Shown in pieces: positions 25,130 to 39,595 of a stretch of 64,000 nucleotides of DNA. Origin of the DNA: Antedon mediterranea (lineage: Eukaryota > Animalia > Echinodermata); NCBI RefSeq assembly GCF_964355755.1, contig NC_092671.1:5394001-5458000 (forward strand), given 5' to 3'. The notes beneath the pieces are model-generated. The model worked only from the letters and a program-made list of their open reading frames with translations. It searched no databases and was not told the DNA's origin. The position numbers and the translations under genes were made by a program. The stretch's first letter is position 1. Every line of letters begins with the position of its first letter.

Positions 25130-28100
25130 GGAAACGGTCCTCTGCCGATCCTTTGGATCGTCGGAGCACATGGCCAAAACAATGTCGTTTCTTAATATGC
25201 CCACGACCATGTGACATTGACTGAATTGATAATATAAATTAATGAAGTATTTTATGATGATAATCATAAAATAAGGACACACTTAACATATAAACAATGC
25301 ATACATTTCAAAGAACTAAAATACTGAATCTTCCTAAACATTCAAATCAAGCTATTTAGTATTATATTCGGCTATACAAAAAAAAAACGTATACGGTACA
25401 GTATAGGCTAATGAAGCCTACGGGGTTTCCCCATTTATTTTATGTATGTATACGTACACGACAGTATATGTATAGACCGGGGAATAGGTCTACATTATCA
25501 GCCGATTTCTTTGTTGTCATAGGACCTGACCCTAAAATAAACGCATTTTTATCGTTGTGTTCGACGCGGGGTTCGACGCAAAATCGATTTCAAAATAGTA
25601 TTACATTGAACCGCGATGTTCGCGTTAATCGCGTCTTTTTTACCGACGTAATAGTAGGCGGTCCTAAGCTTTGAATATTTAATGAGTACAATTAATGAGC
25701 TTGATTAAGACGTTTAACGCGTTAAACGGTCAAAGAAATCTGAACCGCGTTTCACGCATAATTATCGTTTTGAAACATTTTGACATGACGCCTTATAAAG
25801 TATTAGAAGGCTTTATTTCAAGGCCTTTAAAACGCTTTACATTTATTACCTTAGGAATATAGACTGGCTGCTTAGGATTAATGTTCACAGCATCTTGTAC
25901 AGTTTAGAATATACTCATATACTGTTAATTTTATTTTTACAACAATAACAGTATGTTTACATGCACTGGAGTTAACTTTGTTCTTTAAAAGCTGATCCTA
26001 CCAAATCATAACGGATTTACTTTAATGGTAAGTGCTTGTGTGATATGATCCATACCGTTAACCAGGATATTACTCCGATGTACAGTAGTTTTGATTATAC
26101 TCCGAGTTCAGAGATGATGTGATATACTGTATAACAATGATAATATTCAGAATGTAACATTGCGCTTCCCCAACGGCGTGTGTATACCAGGTGTTTAACC
26201 GGTGTGTTTCTCACGTTTAAAGCAGAATAAGCTCAGTCTATTTCGTGCCTAGCTTACCTCGATAAACCGATAAATGCCATAATTCTCCTCGAAGAGCGAG
26301 ATATACTCGAAAAGTAGAAAATTCATTGAACACCCCTCTCTCTAAATGGTACAGTCCACAAACCTCAAGTGGGAACATCTCCACAATTCACCATCATTTC
26401 TTTTCGAGACATGAAAGAGAAAACATGTCTGACAAAGAGCATGCAATACACAGTGGATTTAAAGCAGAATAAGCTCAATTAATGTAACGCTTGATTATGA
26501 TAGACCACAATTTAACTCTGATATTAGAAAAGAGTATAAACATAGCTTATATTTTGGTTCTTCCCGAGAGATAAACCAAGTATATCATTTTACTACCCAT
26601 ACAAATCAATCTTTATACCCAACCACATTGCTATTTTCTGTAATATGATGAGGCCTGTATCCCTGTGCATTTAGTCTATTTAAACTAGCATTGACGAATG
26701 CAGCCTATTCTCACACGGAACGTTTTTTAATTTTGTAGATTTTTAAAGTAATTATTAAAAAGACAATTGTTTTCTTCTTTCTTTCAGTCTAAATTAATAA
26801 TTCTACATGATTAACGAGCTTAATCAACAAAATATGATTGTTTCTAAAATTATATTTCCCTGTTGGCTAGTAATTACTGTACTTCCTGTCTGGTATTAGG
26901 CAGAATTCTGACAATAAGATCTTTCAAAAAACTTAGGCCTGGTTTAAAATATCTGCTGGATCATTATTCAATATCCATAATTTCAAAATGGAGGAATTAC
27001 AGTAGTTAGGTAATGCTGCTTTTACTAAACAAAAGTATGAAAACAACTAAATACTGATGAACACTAACAGTTGGTAATATTTAGCATTAATATCTTGGAC
27101 ACTAAACCATTGGGCCATTATGTTACAAAAGCTTCAGTAATTGCAAACAAATATTTACATTATCTAACTCCCACCAGATGTGTACGTAAAGTGGTGTATG
27201 ACATTCATATATCAGATCCATTATAAGCACACATGTTACAAATGAATTCTCTGCAGGCGTAGTAAAAAAACTTACTGTAATTATGGGAATAAAAGTTGTG
27301 ATTAGTTCTAAAAATAAACTTGTTTTGTCTGACTAACATTTCTTACGAATTTAAATTTAAATCTTTCTTGTAATAAATGGATTTAAATTATAATGTAATT
27401 GTTGTTTTTCTGCCATCTTCACAAATTTAATGATAACTTTACTTCAAATTTGTATTTAGCTCAGTGACATGGGCGTGTGACAGACTTTTTTACTCTCATC
27501 TATTTTATTGTATATCGGCAGTAATTCCATCTCATAAGACATACTCCCATACATTCTTACACACTCATTTAATGAAATTCAAATAGATTTTAAAAAATGG
27601 TTATTCCTATGATGCTAAATACTGTAAGTACCATTTTTTTATTTTGTCATTTTATCTTTGACGAATACAAATGAAGTTGAATAATTTGAAGTTGAAGACA
27701 AAAATCTTGTATTTGGAATTATATTATGAATAATAGTAATATTTAACCCAGAAAGCTAACATTTTATTTCATTATTCATCATCAAAAACATTACATGCAT
27801 TTAACATTATTAAAAGAAGTTGAAGAATTTCCTGTGTTATATGATGATATATTACTATAATTAATAACTTTAAAAAATGAAATGTGCAGACTGTTTTCTG
27901 ATATTGTCATACATAAGATTTCACTGTAGCTTTGCATGTCACTTGTTGGTTTAATTCATAGAAAGAAATTTGACAGCAAGTTACTGTACATTATGGAGTA
28001 TGGATTTGATCTAAAAAAACGTCATTCAAGAATACAATATTAGAGTTTGTGTCAAAAAGAAGTTTTACCATCTTTCTGAAACATTGTTTCTCTATTTCTA

Positions 28101-31100
28101 TCAATGATTTGAAGCTCCAGAAATACTCATAAACTTCCAAAAATGTGAAACAATTTTGCTATTATTACAGTACTAATTCAATTACTGGTAAGCACATTGG
28201 GTAGCTAGGCCTCCATAGAGGTACACAAACAGCAGTTGACTTTGTGAATCGTTGCCTGACTGAAGGCCTTTTAACTTAGCAAGCAGGCTCCCCTGGTGGG
28301 CAGTACGTTTAAACTTATGACTTTCGGCCTCGATGTTATCTAAACTTGTTCTACTAAAATGAAAACTCGTCATTATGCTTTTAACTGCATACTGCACAAC
28401 GTGATATGACCTACTTTTTGGCATCTGTAACAGTTACTACGTTAAGTTTACAATGTGTATTGAATGTCCGCCGGATCTACCTCTCTCTGTTGATACATAA
28501 CATACATGCCTGAATACACAATTATACGGTATTGATGACTATTTCAAATTTGAATGATTCGTTTAATGTTTCCATCTTCTCCATGTGACATTCCGATCCG
28601 ATCAATGGTTTATATCAACATCATCTTTATGTGTATATTCAACTTTCCCTCATAGTCTTACACAGTACAGTAGTAAAGTGTCCCCGAAAGTGTCATACTA
28701 TTACTAGAACCATTTTGAATGGGGTGAGACAATGACATATAGTACCAACATCAACAAAATGGCATACAACTTTTATTCGGTAAAATAAAAAAGCCACTGT
28801 TTTTTCAAAGCATCACCTAGGCTGAGATTGCTCTTCATATTCATTAGAAAGTGGACAGTCAGTAGTTATAAACTCCTGTAATGCCTGTAGCACTAATACT
28901 CTTGTGAATAAATTATAAACGGAAAATCCTTGTTTATTAGAACCTGAAATTAAGGCAAAAAGCAATAATTAAGGTAATTTTACTATTTTATTTGTGAATG
29001 ATGACTGCACGTTTGAAATTCATCACCAGATGGATAGTTAGGTTGTCCTTATAAATTTATACTATCCCATTGATTTACTTCAATATATCATGATTAATAT
29101 AATTAAATTATGAATAGATCTATGGAACCAAAATCACATTAAATTTTTACATTTGATTAATTTTGACAGCACTATCTTTTAATCGTTCACTAAATTCTCT
29201 CTTTTCTCTTTAATTTTCTCATTTTTTACAATTATAACCTTGAATCACACATAGTTCAGAACTTAGTACATGACTGCAATTAACAACATCAGTGCACCCT
29301 TACTCAACCCATCTAATCAATATTGTGAATTCATAAATATTTTAGCAATTTTTTTTTCACATTTTATTAAATGTTTTATTAATTTATGGTAACATGTGTC
29401 GCTAGAAGGCAATTTAGAATAACTAACAACGGAAGACAATTCCTTCTGAAATTCCTATAGGATGTATTTTTCCTTGAGCCATATTTACAGTATGATAATT
29501 AAAAGTCTGTCATTATAATTCAGGAATTCATACATTATTTTTGAGAATAGGAATGGGCAACCAAACCTTTTATCTAGGGAAGAAGTTTCTCATTTAGTAA
29601 AATCAATAATAGTTGAATTAAAATGAAGAGTATCCAAACTGATTTCTACATCAAGTTAGAACATTTAATGGTAATTGTCCACTAACTCAATAATTTCAGC
29701 CATTTTGATCAATTTAGAAATCGGAATAGAATTAAATATTCCTTGTTGGAACCGAGAGTGGGCAGCTGACTATGACTCATACTAATCAAATAAATCTAAC
29801 AGAAAATGTTTTCGTTAATTAATGTTTGTCCAATCATAAACATTCTTAATTACTTTATGTCGGTTATCAGTGAATGTAGAATTTTGTTATTTTGATTGGA
29901 TTGCATCTTTCTTCTCATAATAGTAAGATGTGTTTAGTCTCGTCAGATTTATAAAATTGCTATTATTAGTAAATTATTCAGACAGTAATTATATAATTTT
30001 TTATAAATCAATGCACATTATAAAGAATAATTCCATTTTAAAATATATTTATAAATGCTCAAGTTAAGGAAACTACTTTATTTTTCAACAAACTGCATCT
30101 TATATACTGAAAAAAAAAATTCAGTTTGTTAGAGCGCTGTTTACGCATCACTACACCAGCTAAATATGCTAAATGATTTTAGTAAAGAGAGAATTAATTC
30201 CTAATGTGGCGTTGATAATTTATGTACAGTAAACCAAATGTAACACTGTCATCATCTCCTGTCACTTGATGTGTTCTCCCTATGTGTTTGCTTGTAAAAG
30301 AACTCTTGTGCCCTGTCGTATACTTGGAAGATAAAACGATACAGTATCTCTTATAAATTCATAGGGACGTTCGTATGAACTCCCAAGAGAGATCTAATGT
30401 TCTGCACATCAGTATACGTGGTACTGAGTGACTCATGATTGTTATCGCGAAGTTGTTTTCTGAGTGTGTTTCTTGAAAAACTGAATTTTGTTGTGATGAT
30501 CGTAAACTGTGTATAAAAATATAAGAAAAAACGTGATATAAAATAAGAAAAAAATGACATTTAGAAGATCAAAAATCTTTGTATACATACAGTATACCAT
30601 GAAATTTTACATCAATACAATATTCCTATTTTTGATTTATGCTCCTCCTCCTCCTCCTAAATTTCCTTTTTTAAATTAGAGGTTGTATTTAATCATTGTC
30701 ATGTTTATGAATAATTATTGAACAACAAATACAAATATGGATAACAAAATCTCTTTGGAATAATATGCTACAGATTAATTTCAAACATAGAACTGATGTG
30801 TAACTTTTTTATAATTTTTGCCCTGAAAATATTTTCCATTGTTGGCAGGAAAAGGTCCTAAGACAAACATGCATTACTGCCTTTAGAATTAAAATTGTAT
30901 TCTTATTGATTATGTTATGATTTATTATTCATTTTTTATTTATTATCTACATTTGTTAGGCCTGATTGGTTATATGACAGGTGCCATGTTTTAAGTACCG
31001 GACATAATTTATTAGCCTGTTGGCTGATTATTCAAATGAAAAACCATACTGTAGAAGTGTCTTATTGCTGTTTATATTAATTATATGCTGTTCAGATGTA

Positions 31101-32656
31101 AAAATTATGAATATTCATTTATTCATCTTAATATCCATAGCAAAAAAAAGGAATACAAAATATACATAAAGTCAATGCAACAAGCATTCCACTGTATGCA
31201 TTCTTAACACATTAATTAATTAATTTTATTAATTAATGTGGCAATTAATGGCCATGATCAAAGAATTACCGTACTAATTGCGTTCACATAAATAGATAAT
31301 TCTAAATTTTGTTTAATGTCAATCCTGAGACATTAACCACCATGCATGAAATGCTACAACGTGCTGCCATCATTGTTGATGTATCATTCTCTTTCTGTTG
31401 TCTAAACTTCAATGCCATTTTTAGATGTCACTTCCAATCCATCCTCTAATCTTATCTTCCTATATTCCTTTCTTTATATTTAACTCTTGCAAAAACAGAC
31501 CTAATTTCAAAAGCAGTTGAGGTTATTATTGTACATTAGGTTTGATATATAAATTACTCGTCAGGCAATAAATATTTAATACCTTGCATTGCATGCTGAT
31601 TTTAAATTTGAATTTTACTTGAATCACGATGTTATACTGTAAAGTGAATATTTCATTCATTCTTTATTTGGTTCAATACAAATAACTTTTAAAGAAAAAA
31701 CAAACATACAGTACAAACAAAAATTAAATGTAAGAAAATTATCCTACATCTGGTTTACTAATTTAAAAATAGTACTGTACAGTATGCAAATTAGTAAGAA
31801 AAGAAAATTCTTTGAAACGGAAAAAAAAAAGGGTTAATGTTTAGCATCGTTTTATAGTGAACAGTTTGATTCAAGACTGTGTTTATGTTGAGCCATAGGC
31901 AGTACATGTCAAAGGTAAAAAAAAGTACTAATTGCTATATTTGTTGCTGTTTTAAAGACATGATGTCTTAGGTTAGTTTAGTTATATGAAAAAAAACTAC
32001 AGTAGATGTAATAGTGGGTGGCAAAAAAACAAGAGTGGTTTGAAAGATCTACAGTATAACAGAATGAGGATGAAAAGAAGGGGAAGCTGGATAGTTGTAC
32101 AGACAGATACTGTAGAAAGATAGAAAATTTGTACTGGTCTTCTTGCCTTCCTAGCCTATAGTATAGTACATCACTAGAAGTGAGTCTATAAAATACCCTA
32201 GCTACTGGGTAGTGTTCATTTTGGTATAAAGAAAGGCCGTGAATGAATACATGCAATATATCTACCAAGTTTTTATCACAATACCTTGCAGTACACCTTT
32301 TCTATCGCTAACTATAATTTATTGTATCTTTATCACCAAGCCGTTAATGCCCTTTTGATGTATCTCATATTTCTAGATTATTAATGCTATTAAAATGATT
32401 ATTTTTTAAACTAGCACATTACAGTTCACTGAACTTTAATCATCCTCAGATTTAGCTATTGTTGTATGGTTCTTTAACAAATTATTTTCCTTTGAAAAAC
32501 CCCAGTTTAAAATGTATTTCGCAACAGTATACTTTTTTGTTTTTAATTAATTTAACGATCTGATTGCATTGATTGGACATGTACTATTCTTTGTAGATTG
32601 TGTGGACATACGTTGCAGAGGCATTCATTATTTGAGCAATTATGCTTCTACTTATA

Positions 32657-32925
32657 TTAGAAAATATTATTTATTTATATTAATTATTATATAGTAAGTA
32701 ATAAGTAATATATAAAATACAGTATGTTGCCATTATTTGGTTTATCAAGCTTCAATATAGTAATTTATTCAATTTTAGAAAATATTATATTTTATTAATA
32801 TTAATTATTATACAGTAAGCAATTATTTAATATAATACAGTATTTTGACTATTATTGACTATAATTTATGTGCCATTAATTGGTTTATCATTATCAAGCT
32901 CTAATAGTGATTTATTCAATTTTAT
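32657..32925. repeat. Degenerate AT-rich tandem duplication
   Basis: ttagaaaatattat...aatacagtat...gccatta...ttggtttatca...atttattcaatttta occurs twice. Confidence 0.7.
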
Positions 32926-34489
32926 CCTGTATGTTATTATATTTGTTAAATACAGAATTAGGAACACTTTGTATAAATATTGCCAATTCAATCTAACTAC
33001 TGCGCTTCTGTGGGGTTAATTCAGAACAAACAAAATAAAAAATGTAATTACTAGCTTAGCATTAAGCAATCATTATACTGTAATAATAATAATATCGTAT
33101 TCTCGAAAGCACAGTTGCGTGGGTTATTAGGAGTAATTGGGAGAAATCATCTTTATTTAAATATTGATAAATTGTAAGCAATAATCAGAGAAATGTGCAT
33201 TAAACATGATTAACTGATATCCAGTGGAGGTGCACTTATAAAATAAATACAGATTTATTGTGTCCTGATATAATTGATTTGTTTACAGATAAAACTTTTT
33301 TAAATAGATGTATTTTCCACCAAATAACATGAAAAAAAAAGATTAATTAAATCAGACATTGAATAGGTTATTTTGTAGTTTTATTAAAGTTAATCACTCC
33401 GTAGAAGGAAAAAAATAGGGAAAAAATAATGTTTTCACTTATAAAATGACAAAATAAATGGTTAAATTCAACCAAAAATCCTTTGGCTGGTAGTCAATTT
33501 GACGGTTTTTTTTGCTTTAATTTACAGTTTTTTTCAGGTAAATACATTTTGTTTCGATCTAATTTTTGGTAAAAGTGGATAACTGTTATGTAAAATTAAA
33601 ATGGCATATTCAACAAAAAACAGGACTCCATCACTATTTTTTCAGGGGGACAATACATCTTTAAAAATAATAAAAATAATACTTTGGTAGAATAAATGCT
33701 AGGGAGGGGTACTATAAAGGAGGTGGGGGAATAACATACTGTTTCCATATAGATGTCAAACAATGACGATTCCTCATTTATTATTGTCATCTGTCTATCA
33801 TCTCCTGCATTTAATTATGGCACACTAATTATATTCATTGCTAAGCTTAATTAAAAATTAAGTAGTAGTATTTGAAGTTAATTAAGTCATTATAGAGAGC
33901 TAAATTTGGCTGTTCTGTTATAAACTTTCTAAAATTATCAATTAAAATTTGTATTGTCTAAAGTCAAAGTCTTGATTTTATGTATTTGATATGATAGCGA
34001 TCTCTCACTAAGTAATACAAAGTACAGAATTGAGGTTGAATGCTTATAATTGCATTAGTTCTGGTCAATAATTGCCATGTTGTTTCCGATAATGTACAAT
34101 TTTAAAGCTCGGTCAACTGTAGAGATGAACTAATGAAGACTTAACATGACTTATTAACGTTTATAACAATTTTATTATTGAAATGTTATATAGCCGTGTT
34201 TTTAAATGTGATTGGCTTCACCACAGACATTTTGGAAATGAATTGTAACGTCATGTCAAATGACGTATAGTACATTTGACCTCTTTGCGACCTGAATAAA
34301 GTTTGCGAAATTTGTAGAAAATTTAGGTCTACCGTAGCATAGGTTAGAGCCAGCGCAAACAGCATAATTAAATTTTCAGCCCCATGGTTTAGGAGAGATA
34401 CTGTACAATTGTTCTGCGCTACAGATATTTTTATTTCAGACAAGACAAAATGCCTGTAAAATATGTATTCAAATCTTTTTAATTTGCAG

Positions 34490-34655
34490 CAAGCAATTCT
34501 CCAATGGCTTCTCCAGCATCAGTACGTCTTCAAGCCAGAATGCAAAGTCCAAGTAGCGGAAGATCCTCAACAAGTGGTAACTCCGGTTCCACCAGTGCTA
34601 GGGTTCGTTTAGCAGAAGAGAACAGGGCCAGGTTGTTGGCACTTAACCGTGAAAG
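34490..34655 (+). CDS. APC: APC coding exon
   Basis: Acceptor tttgcag and donor AAAG|gtaggt. Encodes ASNSPMASP...LAEENRARLLALNRER. The phase-2 intron inside the Arg codon corresponds to human LEELEKER|SLLL. Confidence 0.85.
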
Positions 34656-36549
34656 GTAGGTTAAACTGTGAATGTTTGTTTGTCTTTCATACTTTTTTTC
34701 TCATCCAAAATGAAAGATCCACCTTCAACCAGGTAGTATCATCAGGCCAAGAATTCCATTTGAAGACTTCTCTCTGATCTCAAGTTGTAGAAGGTGTTGT
34801 TAGTAAGTACAGTAAATCTGTTGCTGTCCGTGGAAACACCAGTTGGGTAAAGGCTTTAGAATGAAATTCTGGTGTAAGGCCCATTTTGAGTAAAATCATT
34901 TTTAATGCTGATTTTGGCAGCAAAGACATAATGATAAGACATCGTGTGTCTGGTTGCTATTGGGTGCTGGTGGAGCTTTTGAGTTGAATGTTGGGATCAA
35001 AAAAAGACAAATTCGGCTCTTGACTTGCTATATTTCATTTATAAGAAAGAGAGACACATTGATTTTTAAAAGTTTATTAATACTGCATTTTTCCCACATG
35101 AATTCTACTACTGTACACTCTAGCTTTTAGGCAGGTGCATACATTTATTTATAAAGGTGTTACATTAACATAGTTCATGACCTATCCAGGTTATTGTATT
35201 ATCAGCCTGTGAAACACAACACATGATTATCGACACAAACACACAACTTAAATTAAATTAACGAAAGGTAAACTTTAGAACAACTTGTTTCTTAAGACTT
35301 TGTAGTGACTTTTAAGCTACTTTGTTGTCCGACAATCTTTTAAGAACATCAATTTGAATTAGATTTCCCACAGTTAAATGCTATGATTGATACAGCGATT
35401 ATTTTTTATGCTTCGTGGATGCTACTCTAAGCTCTTGGCGTTATCCTTCCATTGCCGATGATTGATTGGATGTTTCATGGTCAAGAAGAAGACAAACATA
35501 AATATGGTGTTTTTTTTTATAGATATGAATTAATGGCATCTTTTTAGTATGAAAAATGACATTGTTTATACTGTACCTACACATTTTGTAGCAGAAGAAT
35601 TTTTAGATTCTACCATTCAACAAGTGAATAAAAAGTGTTTAGTTTGGGCATTTCATCACTCTTTTAACATTGACATATCATTATCAGCCTTTTTTCTTAC
35701 ATTGGCTAGATGTAGATCAGTATCCTACACTGCAATACAGTACTATAATAATGAAGAGTATATTTTCATTTAGCTTGTACCCTTCTACTTGATGTACAGT
35801 ACATTAATATAATATATACCATACTGCTTCATTTAGATCCTACTTTTGTTTTATCAAGATTTTCGATTGAATAATTTTGTTGACAATATTTCTCCAGAGA
35901 TTTCCAAGAAAAGGAAATTATAATTGTAATGTAATTATAAAATAATATTTAAGTACACATGGGAAATTAAGTTCTTAGTGCACACTAAGCATTATCATAC
36001 TATTGTGCACTTATTGGGCACTTAGAGACGTGTAGACTTAAATTTATTTCCTTTTTTTGATTCAATTTAAAATTGCATAAACAAAAAATACCTCTTTATT
36101 GTTCAATGGGTACCTCCTTGTTTTAGAGGTCTGATATAAATTTCAAGAGAAAGTACTATATAACCGTATAGCCCTTTATTGCATTATTTGCTTTATGATA
36201 TGGGAATATACAGTCCTAGGGAGCAATAGCATGAAGAGTGAAAAGCATAAGCTTAAAATGTACTTAAGACATTTTCTAAAGAGTCTTCTTCGGTGGAGCT
36301 AGGTACTATGATTAAGCTGGGTAGAAGAAATATAGTACTTTGTGATCTACCTTTCTGTGCAACTTACAATATTGTGTAAATCCTCCCTTTTCAACTGACC
36401 AATCTTAGATTTCATCTGTATCTCAAATAGTCATTTTTAATGCTCTTTCGCTTATTTCCTTCTATCTTTTTCTTCTGCACTCTCAATCTATACTTCTTTC
36501 ATACCATTTTTTCTCTCCAACATGGTTTCATGTTCATTTATTATTCTTA

Positions 36550-36704
36550 AGCTCTGTCTACACTATCAAACTTTATGTGAAAAAAAGTGATATGCCCATA
36601 TAGACATGATGTCATATAACTACTATATTTGGGCATATATTACTACCATCTTTGGTCACACCACACTTTTTTTGTCGAACTAGTTTAATAGTGTAGACAG
36701 AGCT
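36550..36704 (+). mobile_element. MITE family A copy 2
   Basis: TTA|agctctgtctacacta...tagtgtagacagagct|TTA, a perfect TTA TSD. Confidence 0.9.
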
Positions 36705-37241
36705 TTATTAATCACAATAGTTTTTTTGTCTTTTCTAAAATCAACTTATAATATGTATTCGCCAACATTTACAGTAATTAACATACAGTAAATATAAAAT
36801 AACGAGCAAAAATTTAAAAAGGCAAAAAGCCCTGTTAGCTATCCTTTCAAATGGCGACCGTAAAATTCACTGCTTTCATAGCATTTTCTTCCCCAAAGTT
36901 CACAACGGTTTGTTCAAACAGGATATGGGCCGTAATTAACTCACACTAATAATAAAGATGGAAATTTATTCTAGGTCGTTCACACTCTGGAATTAAATGT
37001 ACATCATAATATGTGATTACTTTTAACTACAAGTGGCAAATTCTATGTTTAGTGATCAAAGGATATTATTAGTACTGTCTTGGTTTTGGTTAAATAATTA
37101 TGAGTTAAAAGGTAAAAAAATGTTGAACTTTATTTGTTAGTGTATAGGTGAATACTATTGTGAAAATGAGAAAATAAATAGAACTTGTGTTGAAATAAAT
37201 AAATTGATTTACTAAAGAATAAACCATGTGAACAATTGTAA

Positions 37242-37386
37242 TGCTCTGTCTACACTATCAAACTTTATGTGACACAAAAGTGTGATGTGCCCATATGTGG
37301 ACATGATGATGTCATATCACTACCATATTTAGGTATATCACCACCGTATTTGGACACATCACAATTTTTGTTGGTAAACTAGTTTA
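37242..37386 (+). mobile_element. MITE family A copy 3 (right TIR lost)
   Basis: Left TIR and body are intact; similarity stops at aaactagttt. Confidence 0.85.
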
Positions 37387-37844
37387 AAAAAACCATAACA
37401 TTTCAGGATATTTATTTAAACTGCACACTAATTAAAAGAACGGACTAATAATGTGGGTAGTTCTATAATTGCAAATTTAAAGGCAAATTCGGAAATTCAG
37501 ATTTGTGCAGTAAGGATGTTAGTGTTCAATGTTTGCGTAACCAGAAAAATTATATAATCAATCGATAATGCACCTTCATTTCATATTTTTGATGGAATTT
37601 CAAAAAGTCATAAAAACATGTATTAACCACAGTGCCCTGTTACAGATGCATGTTTGGTTGTCATGGCAATGGAATATGTACTTGACTACATGATAACTAT
37701 GGGATGTATCCATGGCAATTAGTAATATGTTGACACTTTGTACAGTAAATGTCTGTGATATGAATATGTTGTAAATATTAACTTTTTAAAAAACAATGTT
37801 GTTATTTTTATACTTTTATAAATGCAGTCAGCTTTCCGTGTTAA

Positions 37845-38009
37845 GGCCAATTTACACTGACTTACTTACTGAGTGGTAATGGTAATACGTAGAATCTGAA
37901 TGTATCGTGAGCATAACTGCCCGTCCACTTCACGTTTTTGTGTAATTAGTCATAAGAAATAACATAGCTTCTATACTTTTATTACCGTTACCACTCATCT
38001 GTGTGAATT
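37845..38009 (-). mobile_element. MITE family B copy 2 (inverted, degenerate)
   Basis: ggccaatttacac end. The internal acgtagaatct...gtcataagaaataac is the reverse complement of the copy 1 interior. Confidence 0.7.
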
Positions 38010-38921
38010 TTTTGTTCTTAAGTTGAATCGTGACTCCACGTTTGTTCGTTCTGAACATTTTATTAAACTTGACACACTGATGTTGACCATCATTCATTGT
38101 GTTGACCATCGGTCATTATGCGACTGATACCCGATACCTGGTCAAACATGAAGATGTTTGATACATCAGTATTACCATTATCGATTCATCCATCTTCTCG
38201 AGTGGATGATGGGATGAGTTTTAGATGAGACAGATGAAGCCAGGCTTGGCCACTTTACGATGTCAGTGTTTGTTGACTGTTCATAAGGAATTTAATTGAA
38301 GTAATAAAGTCAGTAACTTGGTGGTAAACGCGGTTTATGACATTTCTAAAGTTGAAGGTTCAATCATGGCCATTTTACTTTGTTGTGTGAAACACTAAAA
38401 AAAGATGACATGAAAATAGGAATAGTGAATGACAATGAGCTAGCTAGCTACTTCCACTGTCTTGTATTTTATTCCATTAAGTATGAGTTGAAGATTTGAT
38501 AGGAGAATTAAGGTTGACTAACTGTCAACTTCAATGTTTATTATTTTAATAATATATACCACTAAACCAGCTTTACAATTTATTCATGTACAATGGTTCA
38601 CAGAGAAGGAAATGTAGTTAGTAGTAATAAAAGAATTGAATTTCATCAAGTATACATTGGAGATTTGATGGAAAACACTAAGGCTTACTACATGTCAACT
38701 TTAATTTTTGAAGATATTTTTTATACCACTAATAACATGCTTCAATGAACTATATCAACATTAAGTCATGTTAACACCACAGAGAGGGGGTGCTTCACTT
38801 ACAACTTTAACAATTCTTAGATTGGAATAACACGCTTCATTGGAATATCATCTACAGTATTATGGTGCACTGAGTGTTAGTATGAAAGATAATAAATATA
38901 TTTTGGCATATTGAAAATTAA

Positions 38922-39081
38922 AGCTCTGTATACACTGTCATCAAACTTTATGTGAAAAAATGTGATTTTGCTCATATTTGGACATGATTATGTCATATCA
39001 CTGCCATATTTGGGTATATCACTACTATATTTGGGCACATCACACTTTTTGTCAAACTATTTTGATAGTGTAGACAGAGTT
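38922..39081 (+). mobile_element. MITE family A copy 4
   Basis: TAA|agctctgtatacact...agtgtagacagagtt|TAA. Confidence 0.9.
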
Positions 39082-39440
39082 TAACAGAATACATATGTTA
39101 GAAGAAAGCATACATCAGAAAAAAGTTAAAGTTAAATGCATATGTTTAAATTTCATATGATCTGTTGTTAGTTTGCCTCAGAATGTATTTGTTACTCAGG
39201 TTTTGAGCTCTCTGGCTTTATTTGATAATTCAACATGACATATTGTAGTACATACTGACACTATGACAATGATATTCATTGTTTACTGGCCTAGTTTTAG
39301 GATTGGTTTATTAACTTTAACATATATTTGTCTTCTTTCAGTGGTAGAAAACATGTTGACAACATTTTTCCTTTTCAACCTCTAGTGTTTTTGTAATGGA
39401 GAATGTTGTGAATTTTATCATTATTCATTTCTCTATCTAA

Positions 39441-39595
39441 AGCTCTGTCTACACTATAAAAAATAGTTTTACAAAAAAGTGTGATGTGCCCAAATTGGTA
39501 GTGATATACCCAAATATGGTAGTGATATGATGTTATCATGTCCACATATGGGCACATTTTTTTGTCACATCAAGTTTGATAGTGTAGACAGTGCT
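39441..39595 (-). mobile_element. MITE family A copy 5 (inverted)
   Basis: Same TIRs, with the internal sequence in reverse complement (ggtagtgatat repeats). Flanks are TAA and TTA. Confidence 0.88.

Larger units (their letters stand above)
20439..25792. mobile_element. Putative 5.35-kb non-coding Harbinger-like element with nested insertions
   Basis: 47-bp imperfect TIRs (ggcgtcatRtcaaaatgtttMaaaacgatRaYtatgcgtgaaacgcg), TTA on both flanks, CpG-rich interior. Confidence 0.65.
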
